Assembly (NCBI GenBank): GCA_000388065.2
Contig: KB932210.1
Strand: one strand, 5' to 3'
Origin: Fonticula alba ATCC 38817
Lineage: Eukaryota > Protista > Nucleariida
DNA length: 17,980 nt
The notes below the pieces were generated by a model. It had not been told where the DNA came from. It searched no databases and was given only the letters and a program-made list of their open reading frames with translations. Below are positions 9,050 through 17,533 of the stretch, in pieces; position 1 is the first letter of the stretch, and the number at the start of each line of letters is the position of its first letter. The position numbers and the translations under genes were made by a program.

Positions 9050-12000
9050 CCCCGCGGCCTGGCCCTCGGCCGGCCTGGCCATCGGACGCCGCCTCAGGCG
9101 GCTGCTCGCCCTGCACCGGCCAGTGCGATGTGTGTGCCGGCACCGGGCCCACGGACGATTGTCTGGTTTGCCGCTCGGGGTTCGTGCTGTCGGTCGACCC
9201 GGCCACCGGCCGGGCGTCATGCGCCAGCAGCTGCCCGGACCAGCAGCCCGCCCTCAGCGGTGTGTGCCCCGGTGCCAGCGGGGTCGGGGCCCTGGACATG
9301 GCCGCCACCTTGACCAGCGTCCTGGTCACCATGCCCGCCCTGCCGGACCCCATCCCTGTGGCCTTCCTCGCCAGGACCTCCCTGCGGGTGGACCCCCAAA
9401 GCAACGAGGTCCAGCTTGTGGGCCCCATGGCCGACGAGCCGGAACGCTGGCTGGCCTTCCCCTCGGCCGAGGTGGATTTGCCGCCGCTGCTCCTGGACCC
9501 GGCGGACCTGCTGGCCGGGACGTCGGTCTCCGCCAGCCGGGCCGACTTCCTGCCGACGCGCGCCCCGGTGGCCGCCTACGCCGAGTCGTCGGTGGCCGCG
9601 ACGGCCACCGGCCGCCAGATGCTGGCCCTCCTGTGCGAAGCGTCCTCCGGCCAACTGATGCGCGTCACCTTTTCCCAAGCCACCGCCGCCCCGTCCGAGC
9701 TTCAGGTCGACAGGGCGAATGTGGGCCTTCTCAGCGACTGCAGGCGCCTGGAGCGCCTCGGCCCGGACCTGGTGGCCCTCATGGACAAAGACCACTCCCA
9801 GGTGCACCTTTTCCGCATGGACCCGGCCAACGGGCTGCTGGCCCACGCGGCCCTGGCCGACACCACCACCCGGCCGGCCCTCCTGCCGCTCGAGTGGCCG
9901 GCCATCCTGCGCCTGGGGCCCGACCTCTCGTCGATCCACCCGCTGGACATGCTCCTGGCCAATGACCCTCGAGCCACGCCGCGCCGGGAGGCCCTCGGCG
10001 GGGTCACCGGCTCCTGGCACTCGACGGTCCTGCAGCCGGGGGCCGGCCGCCCGGGCGAGCTGGTCCTCTCGGCGTTGGTGCCCTCCGGCGGGACCTCCCA
10101 CCGGTGGCTGGCCCAGCACATCCCGCAGGGCGGCCGCCTGCAGGGCCGGACCACCGACCTCCCCCGGGTGGAGTACGACCTGGGCTCGGTGTCGGACCCG
10201 GGCTCCGGCAAGTACCAGGTCCTGGCGGCCCCGGTCCTCGGCCAGGCCGGCGAGGTCGCCACCGCCCTGGTGGTCCTGACCTCGAAGGAGGTCGGGGTGG
10301 CGGCGCTGCACTGTCCGGCCGGGCGGATTGCCTGCCGGCTCCGGCCGGCGGTCTTCCGGCCGCTGGCCCGGCCGCTCGGCAGCCCGGACTCCCTGGTGGT
10401 CGTGGAGCTGCCGGCTCCGATGGGCCCCGGCGGCGGGGCCCATGCCCATGGCGGCTCGCCGGGCGGCCTGTGGATGGCCCTGGCCCTGGTCTCGGGCCTG
10501 GCCGGCGGGGGCCCCATCTTCCGGCTGGACATCGACCTCATGCCCCCCTGCCCAGAGGGGACATTCACGCCGGACTGCCGGGCCTGTGTGGCCGGCTGCG
10601 TCCAGTGCACCGGGCCCAACCCCCGCGATTGTGTCCGGTGTGCCGCCTTCCTGCCAAGCCAGCCGGAAGCCTGCCTGGCGGCCTGCCCGGCCGGCATGGC
10701 CCCCGGGCCGGATGGCGCCTGCGGCTGCCACCCCCTTTGCACAAATTGCCACCACTCGACCGATCGCTACGAGTGCCTGGCATGCGATGCCGGGCATGTG
10801 CCCGGCCCGCCGGACCCGGCCGACCCCGGCGGCCTGGGCCCGGACCGGTGCCTCGCCTGCCGGGCGAATTGCCACCGGTGCACGGCCCCCGGGCCGGACG
10901 GCCCCTGCGACCTGTGCAGTGTGGGCTTCTTCCTGCAGCCGGGCAGCGGCTGTGTGGCCACCTGCCCGGCGGGCATGTGGCCGGATGCCGACAACCGCGT
11001 CTGCGCCCCCTGCCCCGGGCCATGCACCTCCTGCTCCTCGGCCAGCGACTGCACCGCCTGTGCCGCCGGGCACTTCCTCAATGCCAGCCGCATGTGCCAG
11101 CCCTGTGACAGCTCCTGCACCGCCTGCACCGACAGGGCCACCTGCACCATCTGCCGGCCGGGGATGATCTTCCTGTCGCCCGTTCCCCAGCAGGCGTCCC
11201 TCTGCGGCAGCACCTGCCCCCCGGGCGAGTATGTCGGCGCCGGCCGGTGCGCCGCGTGCGATGGGTCGTGTGAGCTGTGCGCCGGCGGGCCGGACCGGTG
11301 CCGGGTGTGTGCGGCGGGCTTCCGCTGGGGCGCGACCCCGGGCCCCGGCGGCACCGGCACGTGCGTCGCCTGTGAGCCGGGGTGCGCCTCCTGCACGAGC
11401 GCCGCATGTTTGTCCTGCGAGGCGGGCCTCCTGCTCACGGCGGCCGGCGCATGTGTCAGCGCCTGCCCAGCCGGGTCGTTCAGCAACGGCGAGTCGTGCC
11501 AGCCGTGCGACATTAGTTGCGCCGCCTGCGCCGACGGCCAGCCGGACCAGTGCACGGGCTGTGCCGCCGGGCTGGAACTTGTCGAGGTCAGCCCCGGTGT
11601 CGGCACCTGCGTGTCCGGCTGCTCGGAGGGCCAGTACCGCGCGGGGGCCGAGTGCCTGCCCTGCGACGCGGCCTGCGCCACGTGCAACGGCCCCACGGAC
11701 AAGGACTGCTGGCGGTGTGCCTCCGGCGTCCTGCAGGGCGGCGACTGCGTGCAGGCCTGCGCCGCCAGGCATGTGGCCGTGGGCGACCGGTGCCTGCCGT
11801 GCCATGTCTCCTGCGCCGAGTGCATGGGCACTCGGAGCACCGAGTGCCTGCCGGACTGCGCACCCGACTTGCTGGCCCTGCCGGCCGGGCAGTCGCCCAC
11901 GCGCTGCGTGCCGGCCTGCCCGGCCGGATACAACACCTCAATGAGCGGCTGCCGCCAGTGCACGGAGCACTGCGCCAGCTGCCCGGAGTCGAACGACACG

Positions 12001-15000
12001 TGCGCCCTGTGCGAGCGCGGGTGGCTGCTGGCCAGCCCGGACTGCGTGACCGAGTGCCCGGCCGGGTCGATGGCCCAGGGCGGGCTGTGCGCCACCTGCC
12101 ACGCCACCTGCGCCACATGCTTCGGCCCGGCGCCCGAGCACTGCCTGTCATGCGCCCCGGGCACGCCGCTCATGCTGGACACCAGCTGCGTGGCCGCCTG
12201 CCCCGGCACGCACTTCGCCGCCGGCGGGGCCCTCTGCCTTCCCTGCAGCCCGTACTGCGGCCGGTGCTCCGGGCCGGGGCGCGACCAGTGCACGGCCTGC
12301 CCGGCGGACCGGGTGCTCGTGCCGGCCGGCGAATGCCTGGGCGCCTGCCCGGCCGGGCAGTATGCCGACGCCGGCCGCGTGTGTCGCCCGTGCGGGCCGA
12401 CCTGCACCGCCTGCTCCGGCGGGCCAGACCGCTGCACCGCCTGCCAGGCGCCCCGGCTATTGCACGCCGGGGCCTGTGTGGCCGGCTGCCCGGCGGGCCA
12501 CTTCCCATGCGCCCCCTCGAGCCAGTGCGTCGCCTGTCCCCCCGGCTGCGCCAGCTGCGCGGCCGCCCCGGCGACCGGCGCCCCCTGCACGGCCAGCTGC
12601 ACCGCATGCGGCCCTGGGCTCGCGCTGTCCCTGTCGGGGGCCTGCCAGGCGGCCTGCCCGGCCGGGGAGTACCTCCCGGCCGGCTCGTCCACCTGCGAGG
12701 CCTGCGCGCCGGACTGCGCCACCTGCCACGGCCGGGCCGATCGGTGCACGGCATGCCGCAACTCGGCGGCCTGGCTGATGGCCGACAGCGGGCTCTGCGC
12801 CAGTGCCTGCCCCGGGGCCGGCTTCGCCATGCTCCCGGACGGCCGGGCCTGCCTCCCGTGCCAGGCCGGCTGCGAGCACTGCCCGGCCCCCGACGGGGCC
12901 GGCCCCTGCACCATCGCCCCGACCGGGGCCCTTGCCTGCCCGGGGGTGACCGCCTGCCACCGGTGCATGGCCGGCTACCTGCTGCTGGCCGGCAGCCAGT
13001 GCGTGGCCACCTGCCCGGCCAATACCTTCCCCGCGTGGGATGCCCCCCTGCCCGTGTGCGGCCCCTGCCACCCCAAGTGCGCGGGCACGTGCACCGGCCC
13101 GGAGCAGGCGGACTGCTCCGGGTCCGCCGGCGGCTCCCCCGGCCGGCGGGACCTCGGTGCGTGCCGGCGCCGGCGCCCCCCTTCCTCCTGCCCCGCTGTG
13201 CTTTGGCTGTGGACTAACGTGCTGCCCGGTCGCCCTCCATGGCCAGCCCTCGGCCTGGGCCTCGGCCTGGGGCTGCTGCTGCTGCTGCTGCTCCTGGCCC
13301 TGGCCATCTTCCTGCTGCTGCGCCTGCGCCGGGCCCGCCGGCCCAAGGATGTGGTCCGTCGGAAACCCCCGGGCCCCTCTGCCGTCTCTGCTCGCCCACC
13401 TCCTCCGCCTCTCCTGCGGTCCCCCTCCCGACCCAGTCCGCCGAGTCCGACGAAAGTGCGCCGTCCCCCCCCCCTCCCCGAGTCGGCCGGCTGGCATGCG
13501 GCCCCTCTGTCTTCTTTCCTCTGTGTGCCCCCAAACAACTCCCCGCCCCCCGCTGCCACGCTCTCTGACTCTCCTTCTCTCCCTCTCGCCGGCAGACTCC
13601 ACGGTGCTCAACACCATCATCGGTCCGCTGCCCCCGCCGCGTGCTCCCCCTCCGTGCCCCGTTGCTCTCGCCCCCCGCCCGGCCGCCTCTCACCCATTCC
13701 CCCCCCCCCCTTCCGCCCCGCCGGCGCGACCACAGAGATGTCCCTCCCCGGCGCCATGCAGGTGGACCTGGCGGCGGACTTCACCCCGATCGATGGCCCC
13801 CTCGGCGCGGGGGCCCAGGCGAGCGTCTTCGCTGCGCGCGCCGTCGGCCCCGGCATCTCCACGCGCCTCGGCTGCCCGGACACCGTGGCCATCAAGCAGA
13901 TGAAGGGTACGCCCATCGGCCTGGCCACGCGCCCAGCCGGTGCTCGGCCGCCGGCCCCTGTCTCACTGACGGACCCCCGCCCCCCCCCCCCTTCCCCCTG
14001 CCAGCCGCCGCCATGAAGCCCACACAGGTGGCCCTCTTCCAGAATGAAATCGCCCTCATGTGGTACGCCCCCGGCTTGTCCCCGCGCCCGCGCCAGCCCG
14101 ACGCACGGCTCTGACAGACCCCCCTGCATGGGGCGCAGGCTCCTCCGCGAGCACCCGGCCATCGTCCGGCTGTACGGCTACAGCGACCAGCCGCCGGCCA
14201 TCATCATGCACCGGTACCAGACGGACCTGGCCACGCTGCTGCACTCGGAGGTGGCCCTCTCGCTGGGCGCCCTGCTGGACATCGCCCAGCAGTGGGCCTC
14301 CGGGCTGGAGGCCATGCACGCCAATGGCGTGGTCCACTGCGACCTGAAGCCGGCCAATGTCTTTGTCAGCCAGCAGCCGGCCGGGTCATGGACGGCGGCC
14401 CTCGGCGACCTGGGCACCTCGCAGAACCTGAGCACCGACCGGTCCTCGGCCCTGGTGACCACGGCCCCGGAGCTGAATGCCATGACCGCGCGCTATGCCG
14501 CGCCCGAGGTCCTGGTGGCCTTCCGGCGCCGGCGCCCGCTGGAGCCAAGCCACCTCTCCGCGGCGGACATCTTCTCGGCGGCCGTCCTGCTTTGGGAGAG
14601 CCTCTCCCGGGCCATCCCCTGGGAAGGTGCGTCCGCGGGGCCAGCTGCCCGGAGCCGGGGGGCGGGGCGGGGGGGCGGGAGACACGGGGCGCCGCATGCG
14701 CTGCAAGCTTCTTCTCTTTCTTTCGCACAACCCCACACTTGCTGACCTCCATCGGGCGTGTTGCCTCCCACCCCCCTTGCCCCTCGTGCCCGCCATGCTG
14801 GCCATGATGATGACACTGGCGGCGGCGGGGGCGGCGACGACGACGACACCAACGGCGAATGGGATAGCATGCAACTTTGAGCAGATCTCCGCGGCCGTGC
14901 AAGCCGGCGACCGGCCGGACGTCTCGACCGCCGTGGCCCCGCTGGGCGCCCAGGCTCCCAACCTCGGCCAGATGGCCGCCGACCTCCTGGCCCGGGCCTG

Positions 15001-15085
15001 GAACCAGGACCCGCTGGCCCGCCCGCCGGCCGCCACCTTCCGCCAGGTGTGCGCCTCGATGGCGGTCTTCTCGTCAGGGCAGTAG
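7472..15085 (+). CDS. Gene 2: giant receptor-like non-RD TKL Ser/Thr kinase, 9 exons (7472..8879, 9098..13156, 13247..13353, 13437..13455, 13596..13622, 13736..13906, 14005..14062, 14139..14626, 14868..15085), 2184 aa
   Basis: ATG 7472 starts MPQVGAYGIVLLWLLALLPAGAWG (signal peptide). All eight introns are GT..AG and phase-compatible, and the total is 6555 nt. The spliced kinase is collinear with the intronless gene 1 kinase at the junctions (KQMK/AAAMKPTQVALFQNEIALMW vs KKPKSHPMPPTQQALFHNEVALMW; PWEACNFEQISAAVQAGDRP vs PWPGMGLPGVMAAVLAGQRP). Motifs: LGAGAQASVF, VAIKQ, HCDLKPAN, GDLG, YAAPE, DIFS. Stop TAG 15083-15085. Confidence 0.88.
8880..9097 (+). other. Intron 1 of gene 2 (218 nt, phase 1)
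   Basis: GTACGT donor 8880, GCTAAC branch-like motif 8946-8951, CAG 9095-9097 is the first AG after it. The acceptor is somewhat uncertain because the intron contains a long (GT)n. Confidence 0.75.
8969..9044. repeat. (GT)38 microsatellite inside intron 1 of gene 2
   Basis: 76 nt of perfect GT repeat read directly. Confidence 0.97.
10549..13116 (+). repeat. Furin-like Cys-rich repeat region of gene 2 (~856 aa)
   Basis: Same repeat pattern as gene 1 and largely collinear with it (e.g. CTICRPGMIFLSPVPQQASLCGSTCPPGEY vs CTVCQPGLVFLQANAQVPSLCGPTCLPGQF). Confidence 0.85.
13157..13246 (+). other. Intron 2 of gene 2 (90 nt, phase 1)
   Basis: GTGCGT donor, GACTAAC branch motif 13212-13218, CAG 13244-13246. 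Splicing places the TM helix directly after RRDL. Confidence 0.88.
13247..13320 (+). other. Transmembrane helix of gene 2 (in its own exon, 13247..13353)
   Basis: ALGLGLGLGLLLLLLLLALAIFLLL followed by RLRRARRPK. Confidence 0.9.
13354..13436 (+). other. Intron 3 of gene 2 (83 nt, phase 0)
   Basis: GTCCGT donor, pyrimidine-rich body, CAG 13434-13436. Confidence 0.72.
13437..13455 (+). CDS. 19-nt micro-exon 4 of gene 2 (SAESDE + A)
   Basis: Flanked by CAG and GTGCGC. It is needed to reconcile the phase-0 donor at 13354 with the phase-1 acceptor at 13595, giving KDVSAESDENSTVLNTIIE, which matches gene 1 KAAADAEDATMLSTLLE. Confidence 0.72.
13456..13595 (+). other. Intron 4 of gene 2 (140 nt, phase 1)
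   Basis: GTGCGC donor, CTGAC at 13565-13569, CT-rich tract, CAG 13593-13595. Confidence 0.75.
13596..13622 (+). CDS. 27-nt micro-exon 5 of gene 2 (..STVLNTII..)
   Basis: CAG and GTCCGC flanks. The translation matches gene 1 ATMLSTLL. Confidence 0.82.
13623..13735 (+). other. Intron 5 of gene 2 (113 nt, phase 1)
   Basis: GTCCGC donor, poly-C tract, CAG 13733-13735. G|AG reconstitutes the Glu of IIEMSLPG. Confidence 0.82.
13907..14004 (+). other. Intron 6 of gene 2 (98 nt, phase 1)
   Basis: GTACGC donor, ACTGAC branch-like motif 13965-13970, poly-C, CAG 14002-14004. Confidence 0.9.
14063..14138 (+). other. Intron 7 of gene 2 (76 nt, phase 2)
   Basis: GTACGC donor, CTGAC 14111-14115, CAG 14136-14138. 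TG|G restores the Trp of ALMW-LLREH. Confidence 0.9.
14627..14867 (+). other. Intron 8 of gene 2 (241 nt, phase 1)
   Basis: GTGCGT donor, GCTGAC 14741-14746, TAG 14865-14867. The spliced product aligns gap-free to gene 1. Confidence 0.82.
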
Positions 15086-15284
15086 GCCGCACCCGGCTGG
15101 GCCAGGCCGGCGCCCCGGCATCGCCGCCGCCCCGCGGCCATGGTGCATGGACGGGCGGGCCGCGCTGGCCCCGTCAGCACGCGCAAATACACGCACTCAC
15201 ACGCACACACGCACGCACGCACCGGAATACGCCTCGATGGCTGGCAGCCCGCCCGGCCGGTCGGCGGCCCGTACGCGCGACCAT

Positions 15285-15877
15285 CGGGGGAGGGGCACTG
15301 TCGCGAACCGGCGCATGCCCGGAACTGTGGTTGCCGGACTTCGGAAAGGGGCACCTTGGCACACACGGGGCTGGCCAGACGCCCAAGGGGCCGGCCGGGT
15401 CTTGGAGCAATGCCCGCCCCGTTTCACGACGCTCTTCCGATCTCGGGGGAGGGGCACTGTCGCGAACCGGCGCATGCCCGGAACTGTGGTTGCCGGACTT
15501 CGGAAAGGGGCACCTTGGCACACACGGGGCTGGCCAGACGCCCAAGGGGCCGGCCGGGTCTTGGAGCAATGCCCGCCCCGTTTGCCAATAATACCTCGGC
15601 ATTAATAAAGGCCCCTTTCACGCGGGAGGGCCCCACACGCCTGAACCGATGATAGCCGGCCGTCTGGCGCGCTGGCTTCTTCTTGGCGCTCCCCGGCGGG
15701 ACCAGGTGCCACAGGGCCGACGGTCACGCCGGCCGCCCTGGTCGACCCTCGAGATCGGAAGAGCGTCGTGACCGATGATAGCCGGCCGTCTGGCGCGCTG
15801 GCTTCTTCTTGGCGCTCCCCGGCGGGACCAGGTGCCACAGGGCCGACGGTCACGCCGGCCGCCCTGGTCGACCCTCG
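15285..15877. other. Assembly artefact: adapter-flanked sequencing fragment causing two false direct repeats
   Basis: CACGACGCTCTTCCGATCT at 15425-15443 and its reverse complement AGATCGGAAGAGCGTCGTG at 15752-15770 are Illumina paired-end adapter sequence. Exact duplications: 15285-15424 = 15444-15583 (140 nt) and 15645-15751 = 15771-15877 (107 nt). Confidence 0.95.
15604..15609 (+). promoter_or_regulatory. Candidate AATAAA polyadenylation signal for gene 2
   Basis: AATAAA within a short AT-rich patch (CAATAATAC..ATTAATAAAG) in otherwise very GC-rich DNA downstream of the stop. Use of this signal in this organism is unverified. Confidence 0.45.
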
Positions 15878-16121
15878 TCGGGGAACGGGCGCACCCCCGG
15901 CGCATGGCGGACCCTGCGCCTGATCTCTGCGTGATCCCGCGACTGCCAACTCTAGGACCCACTCCCCACGCCCCCGGGGGGCGGCGCCCTTCATGGCTCT
16001 CGCGCTCCCGGGCCAGGTGCTCGCCCGGGCCGGCGCGGTGTGAGCCCTGCGCAGGGAGCCCGCCGCCGTCGGGGCTGCTCCCCAACAGGCAGGGGGGGGG
16101 GGACATATTCACGCTGCTGGC

Positions 16122-16171
16122 NNNNNNNNNNNNNNNNNNNNNNNNNNNNNNNNNNNNNNNNNNNNNNNNNN
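16122..16171. other. Assembly gap (50 N)
   Basis: Run of N downstream of a G11 run (16092-16102) and about 50 nt before the gene 3 ATG. Confidence 1.
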
Positions 16172-16224
16172 CCCCTTCCCGCCCCCGTTATCCCCCTGAC
16201 ACCGATCGTCGCCCGGAAAGCACC

Positions 16225-17533
16225 ATGCCGTGGTTGGTGCGGCGACCGGCCGGGCCCCGGCCACCGTCACCCGCGCGGCCGGTGCTCGCCCTGGCGCTGG
16301 CACTGACGCTGCTGCTGCTGCTGTTGCCGGCACATGGCAGCGCGCCGGCCGGTCTCTTTCTCCTGGAAGCGCCGCGCCTGCTGGGGAAGTCCCCCTCCGG
16401 CGGGCAGGCGCTCCTGCTGCCAGGCGAGCCGATGGTCCACCATTCCGCGCCCGGGGACCAGGTCAACATCTTTAAGCAGGGCATCAACCTTGATCTCTTC
16501 TCGGACGCGCGTCTGGGGTCGGTCTTCTTCCCGGATCCCGACCTCATCCTGCGCTTTGCCGGGGTTCCGGACAGCCTGACCAGCGAGCCGATGCTGGTCC
16601 CCATGCCGGGCGAGCTGCCGAGCCTGGTCTGGCTGTCTGGAAGCCGGGTGGGTGTCTCGACCGAGGACCTGGTGCACACCTTCGACCTGCCGGCCGGCGG
16701 CCCGGCGCGCCTGCTGGCGGCCGTGTCCCGCTCTGCCAGCGACACGTCAATCCTCCTGGGCCTGGGCACCGGTAAAACCCTTGTCCTGCGCTGTTACGCG
16801 TCCGCCTGGTCGCTCATTGAGATCCCCACCGGCGCCAATGGCGGCACGGCCGGCCTGCCGGGGCACCTGTACGTGGCCGCCTCCATGTCCGGGTGGGTGT
16901 GGGCACCGGAGGGCGGCCCGATGAGGGGCTTCCCGGTCGACGACGAGCCGGTCCTCCGGGTGGCCGCCACGCGCTTCATCACCGACGACCCGGATTCCCT
17001 GGACCTGGTCATCGTGACGGACCAGCGCCTGCGGGTTTTGGTCGGCCTAAAGGACAACCACCAGCCCGCCCGCGTGCTGGATGCCCCGCTGTCGGCCGAG
17101 CAGAGGGACCTCTCCACCGAGCTGGTGCCCGAGCTGGCGCCCGGTGCCTCGCCATCGGGCTTCCTCTATCTCCTCAGCAATGGGACCACCCTGTGGCGGG
17201 TGTCGGCCCTGCCGGACAATGCGCTGGCCTGGCAGCGGGTCAGCACCCCGTCGGGCTTCTTCGCCGCCCCCAGCCGGGTCAGCCTCATGAGCATGGACCT
17301 GGGCGCCGCCCCGGCCGGGCCGGCCGAGCGCTGGGTCTTGGTCCGGGATGGCAGGGCCTTCTTCACCAACGAGCAGTTCGGCTGCGGGGTGGACGCGTCG
17401 ATTGTGTGCGATGCCGCTGCCCATGCGTGGCGCTGTGCGCCCGGCAGGCGCCTTTCCCCGCTCCGGGCGGCCGGCGAGCTGTGCGCCGGCTGCTCGGACG
17501 GCTTCTACCCGGTGCCGGTGGGCGCCGAGCGGC
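16225..17533 (+). CDS. Gene 3, exon 1 (3'-partial gene): signal peptide plus domain A of a third paralogous receptor
   Basis: GCACCATG start, hydrophobic VLALALALTLLLLLLPAHG, and a C-terminal motif FGCGVDASIVCDAAAHAWRCAPGRRLSPLRAAGELCAGCSDGFY homologous to gene 1 FGCATDPSIVCD..GWACAPGRARSPFLSADQLCAGCADGFF. A phase-1 GTGCGT donor at 17534 sits at the same position as intron 1 of genes 1 and 2. The kinase is not in the window and is inferred. Confidence 0.85.

Larger units (their letters stand above)
13777..15060 (+). other. Kinase domain of gene 2 (split over exons 6-9), catalytic residues intact, non-RD
   Basis: VAIK Lys, alphaC Glu (QNEIAL), HCDLKPAN at 14335-14358, DLG Asp at 14407-14409, APE at 14500-14508. 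Confidence 0.9.

Noticed and set aside
8218-14016. Single 1932-aa ORF as an unspliced gene
   Set aside because: It starts out of frame with the signal-peptide exon, reads through (GT)n as CVCVCV and through Pro-rich intronic DNA, and stops before the catalytic loop. The spliced model matches gene 1 far better. Stop-free introns are expected in such GC-rich DNA.
14335-14358. Receptor tyrosine kinase (EGFR/insulin-receptor) identity suggested by furin-like repeats
   Set aside because: The catalytic loop DLKPAN is Ser/Thr-type, not HRDLAARN or HRDLRAAN, and no L or FN3 domains are recognisable. No gene symbol is assigned.
13900-15085. Gene 2 kinase as a frameshifted pseudogene (motifs spread over three frames)
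   Set aside because: Every frame change coincides with a phase-compatible GT..AG intron, and the spliced product is collinear with gene 1.
15186-15221. Imperfect (CA/CG)n tract ACACGCACTCACACGCACACACGCACGCACGCAC in the gene 2 3' region
   Set aside because: Degenerate low-complexity microsatellite with no evidence of function.
11-15652. Dozens of long overlapping ORFs on both strands (e.g. 944..2686-, 9217..11805-, 10767..12968-, 1565..3313+)
   Set aside because: They are Pro/Arg/Gly/Ala-rich shadow frames with no motifs. Stop codons are rare at this GC content, and the antisense of GC3-biased genes is often open.
15425-15770. MITE or DNA transposon with 19-bp terminal inverted repeats and flanking duplications
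   Set aside because: The 'TIRs' are Illumina adapter sequence, and 140/107-nt one-sided duplications are not target-site duplications.
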